Assembly: GCF_001194135.2 (NCBI RefSeq)
Contig: NC_068985.1
Location: 32,423,145 to 32,487,144, forward strand
DNA from: Octopus bimaculoides
Lineage: Eukaryota
Direction: 5' to 3'
Length of the DNA stretch: 64,000 bases
Of the stretch, positions 51,464 to 64,000 are shown piece after piece. The first letter of the stretch is position 1, and the number at the start of each line of letters is the position of its first letter. The translations under genes and the position numbers were made by a program. Under the pieces are notes generated by a model that was not told the origin of the DNA, did not search any database, and saw nothing but the letters and a program-made list of their open reading frames with translations.

Positions 51464-54400
51464 AGCTGCATAAAGAAGTGTTAAGCACTCAAAGTGAATG
51501 GAACCTATGGAAAAGGAAACCCAGAACACTTGAGATGAAGTGCTGAAAACTGATGTCAAGATGCTGCATCTCATGAAGATTACAAAGAGCTATGTTGATT
51601 GGAGGTATATGGTGCTGGAAAAGATCTGACCATCCATGCAAGCATTGGTGGAACACATTAAAATGTGAACAATGATGTCAGCTGAAATATGCTTTGTGTG
51701 TACATATGTATGTATTATTTATCACTTTACCTATTTTGTACCAGCTGCTTTTTGTGCTGATTCAATACCCTCTCTCTTATCTCTATCATGTTACCCTTGG
51801 ATTGAGAGAAACATTAGATCTTCCACACTCAATACCTCTCTACCACCATTTGTGTCTATTTTTTCCTCCCTCCTATCATGTTGTGTAAGTAGGTTTACAT
51901 CAAACTTGTTGGTATCCAAGATACCACTTCTTTTACTCTACTGCCAACCAACACACTCTCTCTTGAGTCACTCGTTTATTGAGATCCTTCATTTACCAGC
52001 TAACATTACCCTCTTATGCTGCTTTCATTGATATGTATCACACACACACATTCTTCTTTTGTTTGTATCTCTCTCTGATCATGATGCCTGAGTGATGAGA
52101 GATTGCATCAGATCTATTTATTTAATTTACTCCTCCTTGCTCTCCCACCAACAGATATGTAGCTGCCATTATGTCTCTCCCATCGTGATGTCTGCTTAAA
52201 GAGGGATTGATTGGATCTGATGCATCTTTTACTCTCTTATATTGCTAGCTATCACTCTTCCTTCAAGTATCACCTCTCTCTTACCCACCACTGACAGCAT
52301 CTCTTGCCCACTAACATTATCCTATACTGCCAGCCATTGCTCCCTCTCCCTAGGTTAATCATTATTGACATTCTTACAACTGCCTGTCACTGCATCTATC
52401 TATCACCTTTTTGCTACCATTCCTCTCTCTCTCTCTCTCTCTCTCTCTTTCATTACACCTAGCACTTTCCTTTTCTCCTTCCCAGTCTCTCTAATTGCTC
52501 TGTATCTCTCTTCATACTCTGTTGATCAGTTTTTCCCTTATAAATGGAGTCAATGTAAAGAAGTGATGACTGTTTTTGTCTTGTAGAGTACAAAACAACC
52601 TCACTAGTGCTAGTATCACAAAATGCAACCAGTACTCCTTTGAAAGGGGTTAGTGAATGAGTGGAGACAAGGTAGTGTAGTGATTATTCTTTATACTTGT
52701 TGAGAATGAGACAGTCTCTTTAGTGCTGAGATCACAATAAAATCCACTCATTTCATTCTGTGAAGCTGTTGGTGTTACAGAGGGCATTCAGCTATAGCAA
52801 CTAAACCAAAAGTATAACATGAGTGACATCTGAGTCTCTAACCCAACTAGGGGAGCAGCATGGAAAGCAAGCATAAAATAATAAATATATGGTGGACTCC
52901 AGCATTTGACTACAAGGGTTCAGTTGTCCAAGCGTCTGAACTACCTGCTCCTGGATTAACCTGCAAGTGGTTGAGTATTCCATAGATATTACTCAAGAAG
53001 AATCAATGTTATACTTTGTCTAATAAGGCTGTACCTTTTGAATTACAAGTACAATGCACCTGGCGGGTTTCTGTACTGTTTCCGTTTACCCATTTTCAGT
53101 CACAAGCAGCAAGTGGATCTAAAGGTATAGAAAATTATATTTACCCAAAATGCCACACTTTGTGATCAAACCCAGGGCATTGTGGTTGCAAAGTGAACTC
53201 CTTAACCATTTATGTGTGTTAATTGCAAAAGAATGATTATTCCAAGCCAAATATGACATAGATATAGTTGTCTTTGGATATAGAGAATTGTTGAGGAAAA
53301 TGATATATAGTTTATAACTAACAAATTATTTCTTTCTAAATACATTTGTTGATATCCCAAACTTACTTCAACCAATTTCATTAAAAACCTGTTTTCAATT
53401 GTGACAAACTTGACATTACTTCTCTTGACTATAGTCGATACTGTATTCAATCAATTTCACCTAATCTCACCTTCAAATACATATTTCAAATTTTTAAGTA
53501 ATATCATTATTTGAGTCCTTTGTTTATTTACTTTTATCAACCAACAACAATAGAGCAATAAGTAACTTATCTGCCTTAATGTTTGCTCAGAAACTACTTA
53601 ATCTCTTTCTTTGCCCTCTCCTCACATTTCTTTAAGAAACAGCGCAAACATTCTTTTGGAAACTCACCACTAAATCTGCTCTTTGGCAATTAAATTCCTG
53701 AAAAACAGTTGGCTCTGTACATATTTTCCTAGTACCTTTAAGCCGTTTAAACCGGACAGTTTTTATTAATACATTGGTTTATTTCTTTTGCTAATTAGCA
53801 CTTTTCCAAGACATTTCTATCTGTCAGCTCAATGGCATTTGTTTTTCAAAAGCTTACATACATTATACATATTTTTCCTTCATTGAAATGAAAGAAAAAA
53901 AAAAAAAACCTCTCATCCCATGTAAAGTATTTTTAAAACACATCAGTCTCAGCTGATCCTCTCATCTGTTTAAAAAGTTATTCCACTGGCTTCTTTGGAA
54001 AAGTAATTCCTCCCCTAGAAAATATCAGATCATTAGCTCAGTGTTCTCAATTTTACTTTAGTAAAAACACCCTTCCTATAAGTTTCATATCCAAAACTGT
54101 TTTCTTTTGAATAACAAAAGATCTCGGCTTTCAGGCAAGTTACGCATACTGACGTTAGAATATTTTCATGCAGTCTAACATGATAAAAGCTATTTGTATA
54201 TGTTCCGGTTACTATCATTAAGCTATATACTAAGCCAGTCAGTGTAATTATCCATTAAATAACGAACGGGGTGGATACTTGCAAAAGAAAAAAAAATCAC
54301 GTATCTACAGAATTCTCTTAATTCAATGTTTTTTTTTCTTTAAATAATTAAGTTACATTGTTAACATTTTAAGACGGCTACTGGAATCCAGTGACTAAAA

Positions 54401-55448
54401 CCATTAAAAGCCGAATGAATATGGAAATACAAAATACAAGCAACATCATTTGTTCCAATAAATGAAAGCGATGACATAGTTATAGATTGGTAGTACTCAT
54501 GTAGTCACAAGAATAGATGACAGATTGGCTATGTGGGATATAACCCTGGCTGAAGAGTTATGTTGAAGAAAATATATTTTTCCCTTGTGAGTTAATAGAG
54601 GTAGTTGAAAAAATATTTAGATGTAACTTATTTATACGAAATAATATATATGTTGGGTATCTCGAGTGCTATCAAAATTAAGGCATAAGTAACCAATAGT
54701 AGGTAACATTTAGTCATTGGACGAGAATGTTATGCTCAAAGATTCAAGTGTGTCTTAGAATAGGAAGATTTGAGAAATATTTTTAACATTAAGTGCAGCA
54801 GCAGGAAGTAACAGCAGCAGGAACTGGCTGCTGATTGTACATATCGCTGTTGATATAGACATCAGTTCACTCGTATGATTACTACTATAACTGCTGCAGC
54901 AACGAACTGTTGGGATGCAGGCAACTAGTTATGACTGAACCGGAGATTCTCAGCCAGTTCTTTATATCTTCTTTTCGCTCCCTTTTGTTTTTCTAAGCTT
55001 TATTGCTGCTGGATTTCAAGAGTGGCATGATGCATTCTGTATACAACAGGAGCTCGCTCATCTTAGTAATTTAGCTGTCGTTGTTGAAACTATACATCTC
55101 TTCTCGTTACAGCATTGTTTGTCTGCTTAATCATTTCTTAATGGTCTGTTAACACAGTAATTTAACATCTATAGAAACTCAAACTGATCCTCAAGCTTCT
55201 ACGCCCACTTTAGCTACACACATTGTCAATAACATCATGCCATGCCTTCTATTTGGACGGCATTGTTGCCGGTGCATCAGAAGTGCTTAGCCATATTTAG
55301 TTTATTCCACTCGATCACAATAACAACATGGTGTAACTAGGGTGGTGTGTGACTCTTGAACAAAAACATCGATATATCTAGTGAAAGCTATCTCTTCTGA
55401 GGTTGGATTTTTACGCGTGCCTGATTCTTTTTGTTTTCATCTTCGCCA

Positions 55449-55513
55449 ATGGTTCCTGCCGACAATGGTTCAGCAGATAGCTATCTTGACGTGATCAAAG
55501 AAAAAGTACGCAG
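55449..55513 (+). CDS. Candidate alternative first coding exon (MVPADNGSADSYLDVIKEKVR-, phase 2)
   Basis: First ATG after an in-frame TGA (55422). Open 21 codons to a CAG|GTAATA donor; read-through gives an immediate stop. Same phase as the EFA6 large-exon donor. No homology recognised. Confidence 0.35.
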
Positions 55514-57507
55514 GTAATAAACATGTCTGTTTTCCTTTGAACTTTAGTTTCTGGTTTTCTGTTTGTTTTTAAGTTTTAATATTGTTTATTTGCCACACTA
55601 TGTGTCATTTAGTTTTAACAATTTGACACTAAAACATTAACAGGTAGTAAAACATTCTCTTCTATAATTTTTATTAAAATATTTTGTTCAATTAAACTAA
55701 TGCCTTTTAACATAGCTGTTTTCTAAAAATGATGTTGATACTTTCTTGGATAAGCACAAGGCTGATAATTTTAAAGAAAATAAGTTGGGACATCAAATTT
55801 CTTAGGACCTTTTCGGTATAATAATGAAGACTTTGGTGACTGCAGCCTATTACTGGTTCTCTTTTCCCACGAGTGAAAGTAAAGACAAATATAGAACTAA
55901 AATTTTGCATATACACGAATAAGCTTATGTAATGTTTTTGGCGGGATAGGCACTAGCGCTGCCGCCCCTTTTTTTGTTTTGCTAGCACTGGGGTAGTGGT
56001 GGTGGTGGTGTGTACAATCGATCACCTGCACAAATAATGGTAATCATAATTTCTTACAATGATAAAATTGTCCATGTCTGTAGATGGGGTGGGACAGTAA
56101 TAAGTCGGGCGTACATGCTTTTACAAAGGCTCGAGCTATGATACAGACTCAAATATTGATTTCTTTTAACCATATACAAGAGTAAGATCTCTCGGGAAGG
56201 GGGATATCAGATTATGGTGTTCATGCCTTTTTCCAAAAATATGTGTCGAATATTTATTTATCTCGTTTTTAATACTAATACATACATACATATATATANN
56301 NNNNNNNNTTAGACCAACAAGAATGCACAGTCGCCAGTAGCTAAATTATTGTGAAAAGATAATTTATTAAATCTTTATTTACTTCCATGCGACTGCGACT
56401 AAAATAAGAAATTTGTTCCTGAAATATCACGAGTAATTTTTCTTTTCATTGTTTTGTATTTGCTAAACTGGTGACTTAGTTGACTCTTCGTACCGAATTA
56501 AGGTCTTTCATATTCGTATTCTTTAATAAAATCGGAAACTAGATATATAGAAATTGGTAATTTAATTTTCGTTGATAAAAATCCTAGATCTCCTATTGGT
56601 TATTTATTTTTGGTTGACAAAAATTACAAATATCTGGATTAAATTTTTAGCAGTAATTAAGTCATCTCCAAGTTCTGGGTCCGAATATCGGCATGGTCGG
56701 GTTACCCTTCATTTCTCAATATCAAAATAAAACGTGTATGCGAGTACCAGTAATAGGCAGTAGTTTAGTCAAATTGCTCGTACATTTTCTACTAAACTCA
56801 ACCTTGCCTCTAATAGAAACTGATCTATTTTTCTACCACCGAAGTAAAAGTATCTTCAAACATATCATTATTCTTCAAAATTTCGGTAACTTAGCAGCTT
56901 CTGTTTTTAAAACAATTATTGTCTCCCTCTTTCCTTCCCTCTCCCTCACTTTTGTTATTAGGCCTACACTACCGTCGATGAAATTTTATTTTTGAATATT
57001 CAAACTTGTATTGGTTCTGGCAGTCTTTTCGTAATGTTACTTGTTCAACATTAATACGGATGTCGAATGATTGCAATGTTTATGTTATTATTTGTTATTC
57101 AGTTTTACTCCTACATGCTGTTATTAGCTTACTAAGCTGTATTGCAGAGCATTCACAAGCGATTATATTATTTGCTGGTATTCACCCGAATATTCGAGAA
57201 AAAACATTTACATTACTATCACACTCTCCCTGTTGTTTACGATCAGTAAATCTGAGTTATTGTCTGAAATCGCCTCAGAGGTTCAAAAATGAAAATAGAA
57301 TTCTTACAATCAGAAAATCATTCTTTGTACTCTTAGCCTTATGCTTTCTTTTTCTTTCATTTTTTTGTTCCTTGAAAATCATTTTAATGTTAATGTTTAA
57401 GTCCTATGGGACTATTCTAAAGACCGATTACAATATATATTCCAACTAGTTTTAGGAGTGGGGGAACTGCGGAAAAAACAAACTAACCGTTTCTGTCTTT
57501 CTCGTAG

Positions 57508-57600
57508 TGTATCGCAATTGGTGAAGAACGGCGTCGTTAGTTACAAGCCTCCAATGATCTAATCACTGGTTTACTTTATCTCTGACGACGAGAGTGACAA
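57508..57600 (+). other. Candidate non-coding exon
   Basis: Pyrimidine tract plus AG (ttctgtctttctcgtag) and a CAA|GTAAGC donor; all three frames contain stops. Confidence 0.3.
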
Positions 57601-57846
57601 GTAAGCATTTTTAACTTGGCACAGAAAATCTTGAGAGGTTTCGAAAGACTCACTACATGCATTTCCGAGAAAAACATTTTAAAATATGTTAGTTGTATTT
57701 GTTAAGTCGTTCTATCGTAATAAGATTCTCCACAGTTTCCATCTACCAAATTCAAGTCAAAAGTTATTGACCAGCCCAAGTCTATATTCGATACTTGCCC
57801 AAGATGCCATACTTGTGTTTATCTCTTTGTATTTTATTGCTTTCAG

Positions 57847-57964
57847 AGATCGTTGAAATCATACTGTCTGAATTCTGCTGTCTGCATACTTTATAATGGG
57901 AACGTACTTTGGTATATTTCTATTCTAGTTAGCTGATATGAGCATCTATAATATTATTTAACAA
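57847..57964 (+). other. Candidate non-coding exon
   Basis: Acceptor tttattgctttcag and donor CAA|GTAAGT; no frame is open through to the donor. Confidence 0.3.
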
Positions 57965-58221
57965 GTAAGTTGTTAAATGATTGTGAAAATAGGTACAGGC
58001 TATTTTGAATATGATAAAATTGTCTCAGATCAAGTGTGTACATCCCAATTCACTTTATACACACGAATATTTAAAACATTCATTTTCTCCATTTTTGAAA
58101 AGCCTTTAACATAAATTTGAAGACCCGTTTTGTAGCTCTTCCCTTTACTTTTGAGCCCTTCAAGTTCTGTGAATTTATCTTAGTTAATTGAACTCATATG
58201 CAGGGCATTTTATACCGTCTA

Positions 58222-58402
58222 TCTTGTTTCAGTCATTGGACTACAGCCAAGTTGAGGCACTGCCTTGAAGGGTTCTAGTCAAAGGGTTTACTCAAAGTAC
58301 TTATTTTTTAAGCCTGATACTTATTCATTTTTTTGCTGAACCACTAAGTTTATGGTGGACATAAACTAACACTAGTTGTGAAGTGATGGTGGTGGCGACG
58401 TG

Positions 58403-58434
<32 letters not shown>

Positions 58435-58895
58435 GCTCCCCCCCCCCCCAAAAAAAAATTTCTGCTACTAAATCTACTCACAAGGGTTTGGTTGTCCTCG
58501 CCTATAGAAGACACATGCCCAAGGTGCTATGCAGTGGGACTGAATCCAGAACCATATGATTGGGAAGCAAACTTCATACCAGGCAGCTGTACTTGTACCT
58601 ATTCAGGAAAAAAAAAAATGCCAACCTGTTTCCAAGTTGGACACATTTTATACAGTTGATGGGAAATGGACACTTTTTGTGTGATGGTGATGCTTGTTTA
58701 CAATTATCAGGAAATGTCAAAACAAGGACATGCTTACATACACAATGGGCTTCTTTCAGTTTCCATTTACCAAATCCACTCAGAAAACTTTGACATGAGG
58801 CTATAGTAGAAAACACTTGCCCAAGGTACAACACAGTGGAACTGAACCTGAAACCACGTGGTTTAGGAAGTGAATTTCTTAACCATACAACCATA
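58222..58895 (-). mobile_element. SINE family A: diverged copy (58222-58588) plus a second head-half (58746-58895)
   Basis: Same tail, (AC)n and head organisation as the other family A copies. Confidence 0.7.
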
Positions 58896-61696
58896 ACTGT
58901 GCTTATTCATACTATACCCCACAAAAATTCTATTTTCCCTAAAAACATCAATTAAAAAACCTTAATCTACATTTTTAGTATTTACTATCTGTAGATATTA
59001 AACTGTTTCTTATTTTTACACACTCTTTTGGGGTGTATACATATCTATAGGCATTGTGTTCAGCTTTCTTCAAATTTTATATAAATCTTAATAAATCTCA
59101 ATAGACTCTAATTTCAGTAACTATCACTAAGTAGATAGAGCATTCTTGGTGTGATATAAAATATAAATTATAATGTTACAGGTTTTTTCAAGGAAAAAGT
59201 ATTTTACTGCTGTGTGTATTTCCAAAGATATTCACTTAATGGTATTTAGATTTTGATTGACTGAAGCAAACACAGCAATGTACTTTAGCTTAGAAGCAAA
59301 ATAGAAATCTGGGAGCAAGGTTGTATAACAGTTACAGCTAGTCTTATTTTTTTTATCTTATTCTCATATTAGCATGGTCTGTCCTTTGCTCATCTCTAGT
59401 TTCTATGTTGGTAAAACAGAACTCCAGTCTATAAAGTTTATCTTTTCTTACCAAAGAAAAGTTATGAATTATTTGAAAGTTTGTATACCCACTGCTTACA
59501 GTAGTGAATAACATTACCCAACTTACTTAAAGAGCTAGTTTTGAAAAAAAATAAACGGTTGAGTAGATTGGTATTGGACTACTAGCCAAAAAACCTGAGA
59601 TTGTTTTCTTGTGCATTTAGGCAATACACTAATTTCAACGTGTCTCATCTCTCCTACCTATCAGAAATAGACACCAGATGCTCTGGCAATATTGCCCAAG
59701 ATAGACTGATATTTACAGAGGGGATTATTTACTTCACACCAAAAAGCTGAAGCTATATATCAAATGGAAAACGCATTTTTGGGGAAGGTTTGAAACCTGT
59801 TTATTTTACTTAAAACTAGGTTCTATGTTATAGACAGTGACGGGACCAAACAACAAACATTAGATATTTGTTCCTTAGCCCTGTTGTCCTCTGCTATCAA
59901 TACTTTCATTTGTGTGCATGGCATAAAAAGTTTTCCCCAAAATATTAAAGCCTTAGAAAATCATAGACTTATGCAAAAATATGTATGAAAATAATGTGAC
60001 TACCTGTCCCAAAAAGAAGTATAGTTTTCAGTGAGAGACTGTATTTTTAGGTTAATGGCTAGGTTATTTTTATGTATATAAATGCACATTTCTTAGGTCT
60101 TTGATAGCCATTTTCTAATTTGTAATTTTTCTTTTGTACCCTTATTTTTTTGAGATTTGTAATATTTTTTATATCTTTTTAAGCAGAGGTAGTTCCCTCT
60201 AATTGTTAGAGTAGACGTTACCTAAATGACTCTTCTGTTCATAAACAGCTATGACATAGAAGTTGTTTTTTTTTTTCTTTCAGTTTAAATTAGTAAAGTA
60301 ATATGAATTTGATTTGTTTAAGGGCACATTATACAGTAGTTGTGAAGATAGTTATTGACAATGTATATATTGTAGTAGCTTAGAAGATTTAACAGTGTAC
60401 ATGTTATAGTAATTGTGAAGTTATTAGCAGTACACTTAATTCCAAATTTAAATTAGTCTACCCTCTCTACATTTTTAATAAAATTCATCATTTGGGATGG
60501 ACTTCTTCAATATTAGTGCTGGCATCCTTTCAGCTTCCCTCTCTCACTCCAAGCATCTTCTGAGTTCATTCTTGTAGGAAATACTTATAATTAAAAGAAG
60601 TGGTTGCATCTGTTTTTGTATTTTGGTTTCATAAAGCTTCTAGTTTTATAGCCACGCTCTCTATTTGGCAGAATTTTTTGTCCACACATAAGAAACATCA
60701 TATGTACCTTTTTATTGTTTTAAAAATCTTAAAGGTTATTTTCATTAAATTTTACCTTTTGCTTGTTATGTTGGTTATATAAGCATGTTCTAACCTCCAT
60801 AGCCTATAAACATTTATCATCAAATGCACTTCTGAATTGAAGACTCCCTCTCATAATGTCAAATGAATGAAAATAGTCAAATTTGACATTCCATGCCCAT
60901 TTACTTCCAATTCTTTTTGTTAGCTTTTCTTCTACAACAATTTTTGCTTTAATACTATTGTAACTTTCTACTCCAATTAATTATTTTGCAACAATTTGTT
61001 TAATGTTCTATTTGTTCCAGCGATAATGATGACATTCAATGTTTCTACTAACCTTAATTTTGACATACACGGTCAGTTACAACACTGGTATTTAAGTGAA
61101 GCATAGCATGAAAGGGTTTCATCATATGCCAGAACAAAGATGTAAATAAGTGTTTGTTTTAAATGAACAACATTATGCAATATTCAAATTCTTTGCCAAC
61201 ATTTATGCAAAGAAAAAATTTAAAATAAGTTCTGGAGAATTCTTTAAAAGTCAAGGAAATCTCATGGAATTAATGATCAAATTTTCAATGAGAACTGTAT
61301 AGTTATCATTCTCATATTATAAATGGTTTTTATATATATATATATATATATAAATATATATATATATTGTACTATGGTTCACGTAATTCTTTTGATATCA
61401 ACTCACCTGAAATTGCCTCTGGTGCTATGGTATTTCATGTTTTAAACTGATATAAAATAAAAAATCGTGCTACAAAAATTTTGTTGATCTATGTTCCAAA
61501 TACTAGCTTAATAATGACAAAGTTACTTGGCTATTTTCTTTATTATTTTTGAAATTAATTGAAATAAAGTCAGTGTATTTCAACAGAAATATGGTAACAA
61601 AAGGATTAACTAAAAATTTTGAAGATAAAACAGCATTAAACATCATTAATACTACTTTAAGACAGAAAAGAAGTGATTATTCTTTTCTTTCAATTT

Positions 61697-61911
61697 CATC
61701 ATCATCATTTAATGTTCCTTTTTTATACTGGTATGGGTTGGTCAGTATGACAGGAGCCGGTAAGGCCTGGAGCCACAGCAGGCTCCATTATCTGTTTTGC
61801 TATGGTTTCTACAGCTGGATGCCCTTCCTAATGCCAACCACCTTACAGAGAGTACTGGGTGCTTTTTATAAGGCATCAGCACTGACAGTGTCACCAAGCA
61901 ACTTGCAAGAC
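61697..61911 (-). mobile_element. RTE LINE 3' end fragment (diverged)
   Basis: catcatcatcatttaatg... and ttctacagctggatgcccttcctaatgccaacca match the RTE 3' UTR. Confidence 0.7.
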
Positions 61912-62498
61912 AAAACTCCTTGACTGGGAGTGGGTTGGGATTTCTAACATAGTTTTAGTTAAATATTATTTAAAAATAAATGGAGTAAAATTTATTAAGT
62001 ATTGTTCTTTTTATGTTGTATTTATAGCTGTTGGATTAATAATTTAGTGATAAGTTTTAATTTTGCCTCATGATTTTCATCTCTTCTCACTAGGCACTAT
62101 GGTGATACTAAAATTATTTATTCTTTATAAAATTGATTACCTTTCCAGAAATTCAGAGGGATAATCCCAACTCAATCTAATTCTTGAAATTAATATAATT
62201 ATTTGTAGATATAACTTTTAACTTATAATCATTCTCTCTAGTCATATATTCTTATGATGTTTCTGTATCATTTCTTTTTCTTTGTATTTAGTAGTTTGAT
62301 AATCTTAGATTGTAAGAGTAATATCATCCGTGCGCTACATCAATGCTTTATTGAAAGTTTGTATCCGCTATTCTTTATTTGTTATATTAGTTTATAAGAA
62401 GTGTTGTTTTCAAAAGTGACATTAAAAAGATTTTGAAATTTTTTTTATCAGTTCCCTAGTATTATTTTGTTTTTAAGTTAGCAAAATATCAGTGTATA

Positions 62499-62708
62499 CA
62501 AGGGGATGCTGAAAAATTCCTGGTTTGGGTAAAAGAAAATACAGGAGAATCAATTATGATTTTATTCAACATATTCCCCTCTGATCCACACACTTGTTGA
62601 AGTGATCCTTCAGTTTTTCTAAGCCCTGTAAAAGAATTTGGAAGGTTGGGCTTCCAAGCAGGCCTTTCACAATACCTTAAAAACCAGGAACTTTTCAGTA
62701 CCCCCTTG
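62499..62708. mobile_element. Mariner-type MITE (210 bp)
   Basis: TIRs caaggggatgctgaaaaattcctggt versus reverse complement caagggggtactgaaaagttcctggt (3 mismatches), with TA on both sides and no coding capacity. Confidence 0.8.
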
Positions 62709-64000
62709 TATAATATACATTTATCATTGGACTGTCATCTGATGATGTCTTAGCTGGCAGAAACTTTGAAGCGACTGTTAATACTATTCTTGCTAAAAAA
62801 TTGAGTAACCCTGCAGTTGAATGTAAAACTGTTTTTATTATAAAAAGACGTTTATATATAATATACACACAAGCATGCACGCAATGTTATTTCATAATTT
62901 TCACATATTTTCTGAATAGATTCAAATGAATTGAAATCTATGATTTATATAAAGAGGACAGATATAATTGACGTGTATTGTATTTTTAGATTTTCTACAG
63001 TATGGAATTTGCAGAATAATTGCTTTATTTTATGATTTAATAATGGTTGTTGTTTTGTTTTGTCACAAGATTGTAAGTAGAGAGAGAGACTGGGGGATAG
63101 CTTTTATAAATATCTCATGAAAATGTGTTAAGGTATTGTTATTTTCACTGTCATGGGGCTTTTAAAATTAATGGAGAATATGCAGCCTGTTGTTAAGCAG
63201 GCTGTGCATTATATTTAAGCAGTGTTATTTGTATATTGGGAGGTGGGATACTTAGGCTAGTTCTGACATAATGAAAGATGGTTAGCTGTCAACTAAGGCA
63301 GTGAAGAGAGTGAAGTACTCTTAATAAGTAAATATGATAGTGGAATTAATAAAGGAATAATGAGACAAAGAAAATTTAGGTAAAATTGAGAGATTTCTTT
63401 AGAATATCCCAAATTATTGAATTTCATAAAAATGAAGCTGAGAAATGTGTGTGCACAACTTATTTTGTGTGCATGTGTGCGCATGCAGTTTCTAATCTGA
63501 AATTCTGAAAGCTCCAAAAGTCTTCTCACAGAAGTCAGCACAATAAAACTCATGTTTGGTGCCAAACATGATCGGATGCAAACTGTGCTCAACCTGTGAC
63601 AGTTGTGTCTCAACATCTTCTCTTGGTTAGATATGCTTCTACCCTAAGTTTGTAAAAACATCCACATGCCCAACTAGGCTTGACCTATCAATACACTGCA
63701 ATGAGATTACTATTGGTTCAGAATTTGTGTTCAATGTACAATCAAGACATATAAATCTGAATTCGTGAGAACCACATCTTATAACCAAGAATACACCCTA
63801 TGAATATACTGAATTCTCATTGTCAAATTTCGAAATATGCCTGATCCTAAGAGTTTCAGATAAGAGATTGTGTATGTGTGTGTGTGTGTGTGTGTAGTTG
63901 CAATAGGGATATGTGTATGATAAGTAGCTGCTAATTATCTAATATATGTACTAATTCAAACAAATGAACAGTACAATAGAATTTTAATAAGCTGATACTA

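Noticed and set aside
51700-52520. Pyrimidine-rich stretch following RTE C-terminal relics (similar context at 37030-37380 and, inverted, 9860-10560), possibly a long 3' UTR of an old RTE subfamily
   Set aside because: Similarity among the three is too weak to establish by eye; it needs an alignment.
57006-57449. 147-codon ORF
   Set aside because: Starts at a non-ATG codon, low-complexity hydrophobic composition typical of AT-rich non-coding DNA, no motif recognised.
61021-61055. Acceptor tttgttccag followed by C GAT AAT GAT, a candidate next Sec7 exon
   Set aside because: The phase-2 continuation hits TAA within 10 codons and lacks the expected N-[DE]-F-S..EEYL sequence; the true next exon is probably beyond the window.

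Overview
AT-rich eukaryotic (animal) genomic DNA with assembly N-gaps, each abutting a microsatellite. The tRNA-derived SINE families, RTE LINEs and microsatellite load resemble octopus (coleoid cephalopod) DNA; this attribution is inferred, not proven. The only convincing host coding sequence is one large + strand exon (29250-31035) of a PH/SEC7-domain Arf6 GEF gene (EFA6/PSD family). It encodes a long disordered N-terminus with an SxIP motif, an MTED-like motif and a poly-Glu tract, and ends in the first residues of the Sec7 region at a phase-2 GT donor. I could not find the next Sec7 exon, so most of the window is probably intron. The introns hold two TA-flanked, full-length but dead mariners, a truncated Tc1, a hAT/Buster relic, a CR1-clade fragment, a near-complete decayed RTE LINE plus older RTE pieces, many SINEs, MITEs and simple repeats. 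A relatively CpG-rich zone at about 54-58 kb carries candidate alternative first exons. No prokaryotic-type system (CRISPR, operon) is present. The most interesting leads concern EFA6 N-terminal motifs and isoform regulation, a fold-back MITE centred on a head-to-head telomere-repeat palindrome, and a PHD-like finger inside the RTE ORF2.
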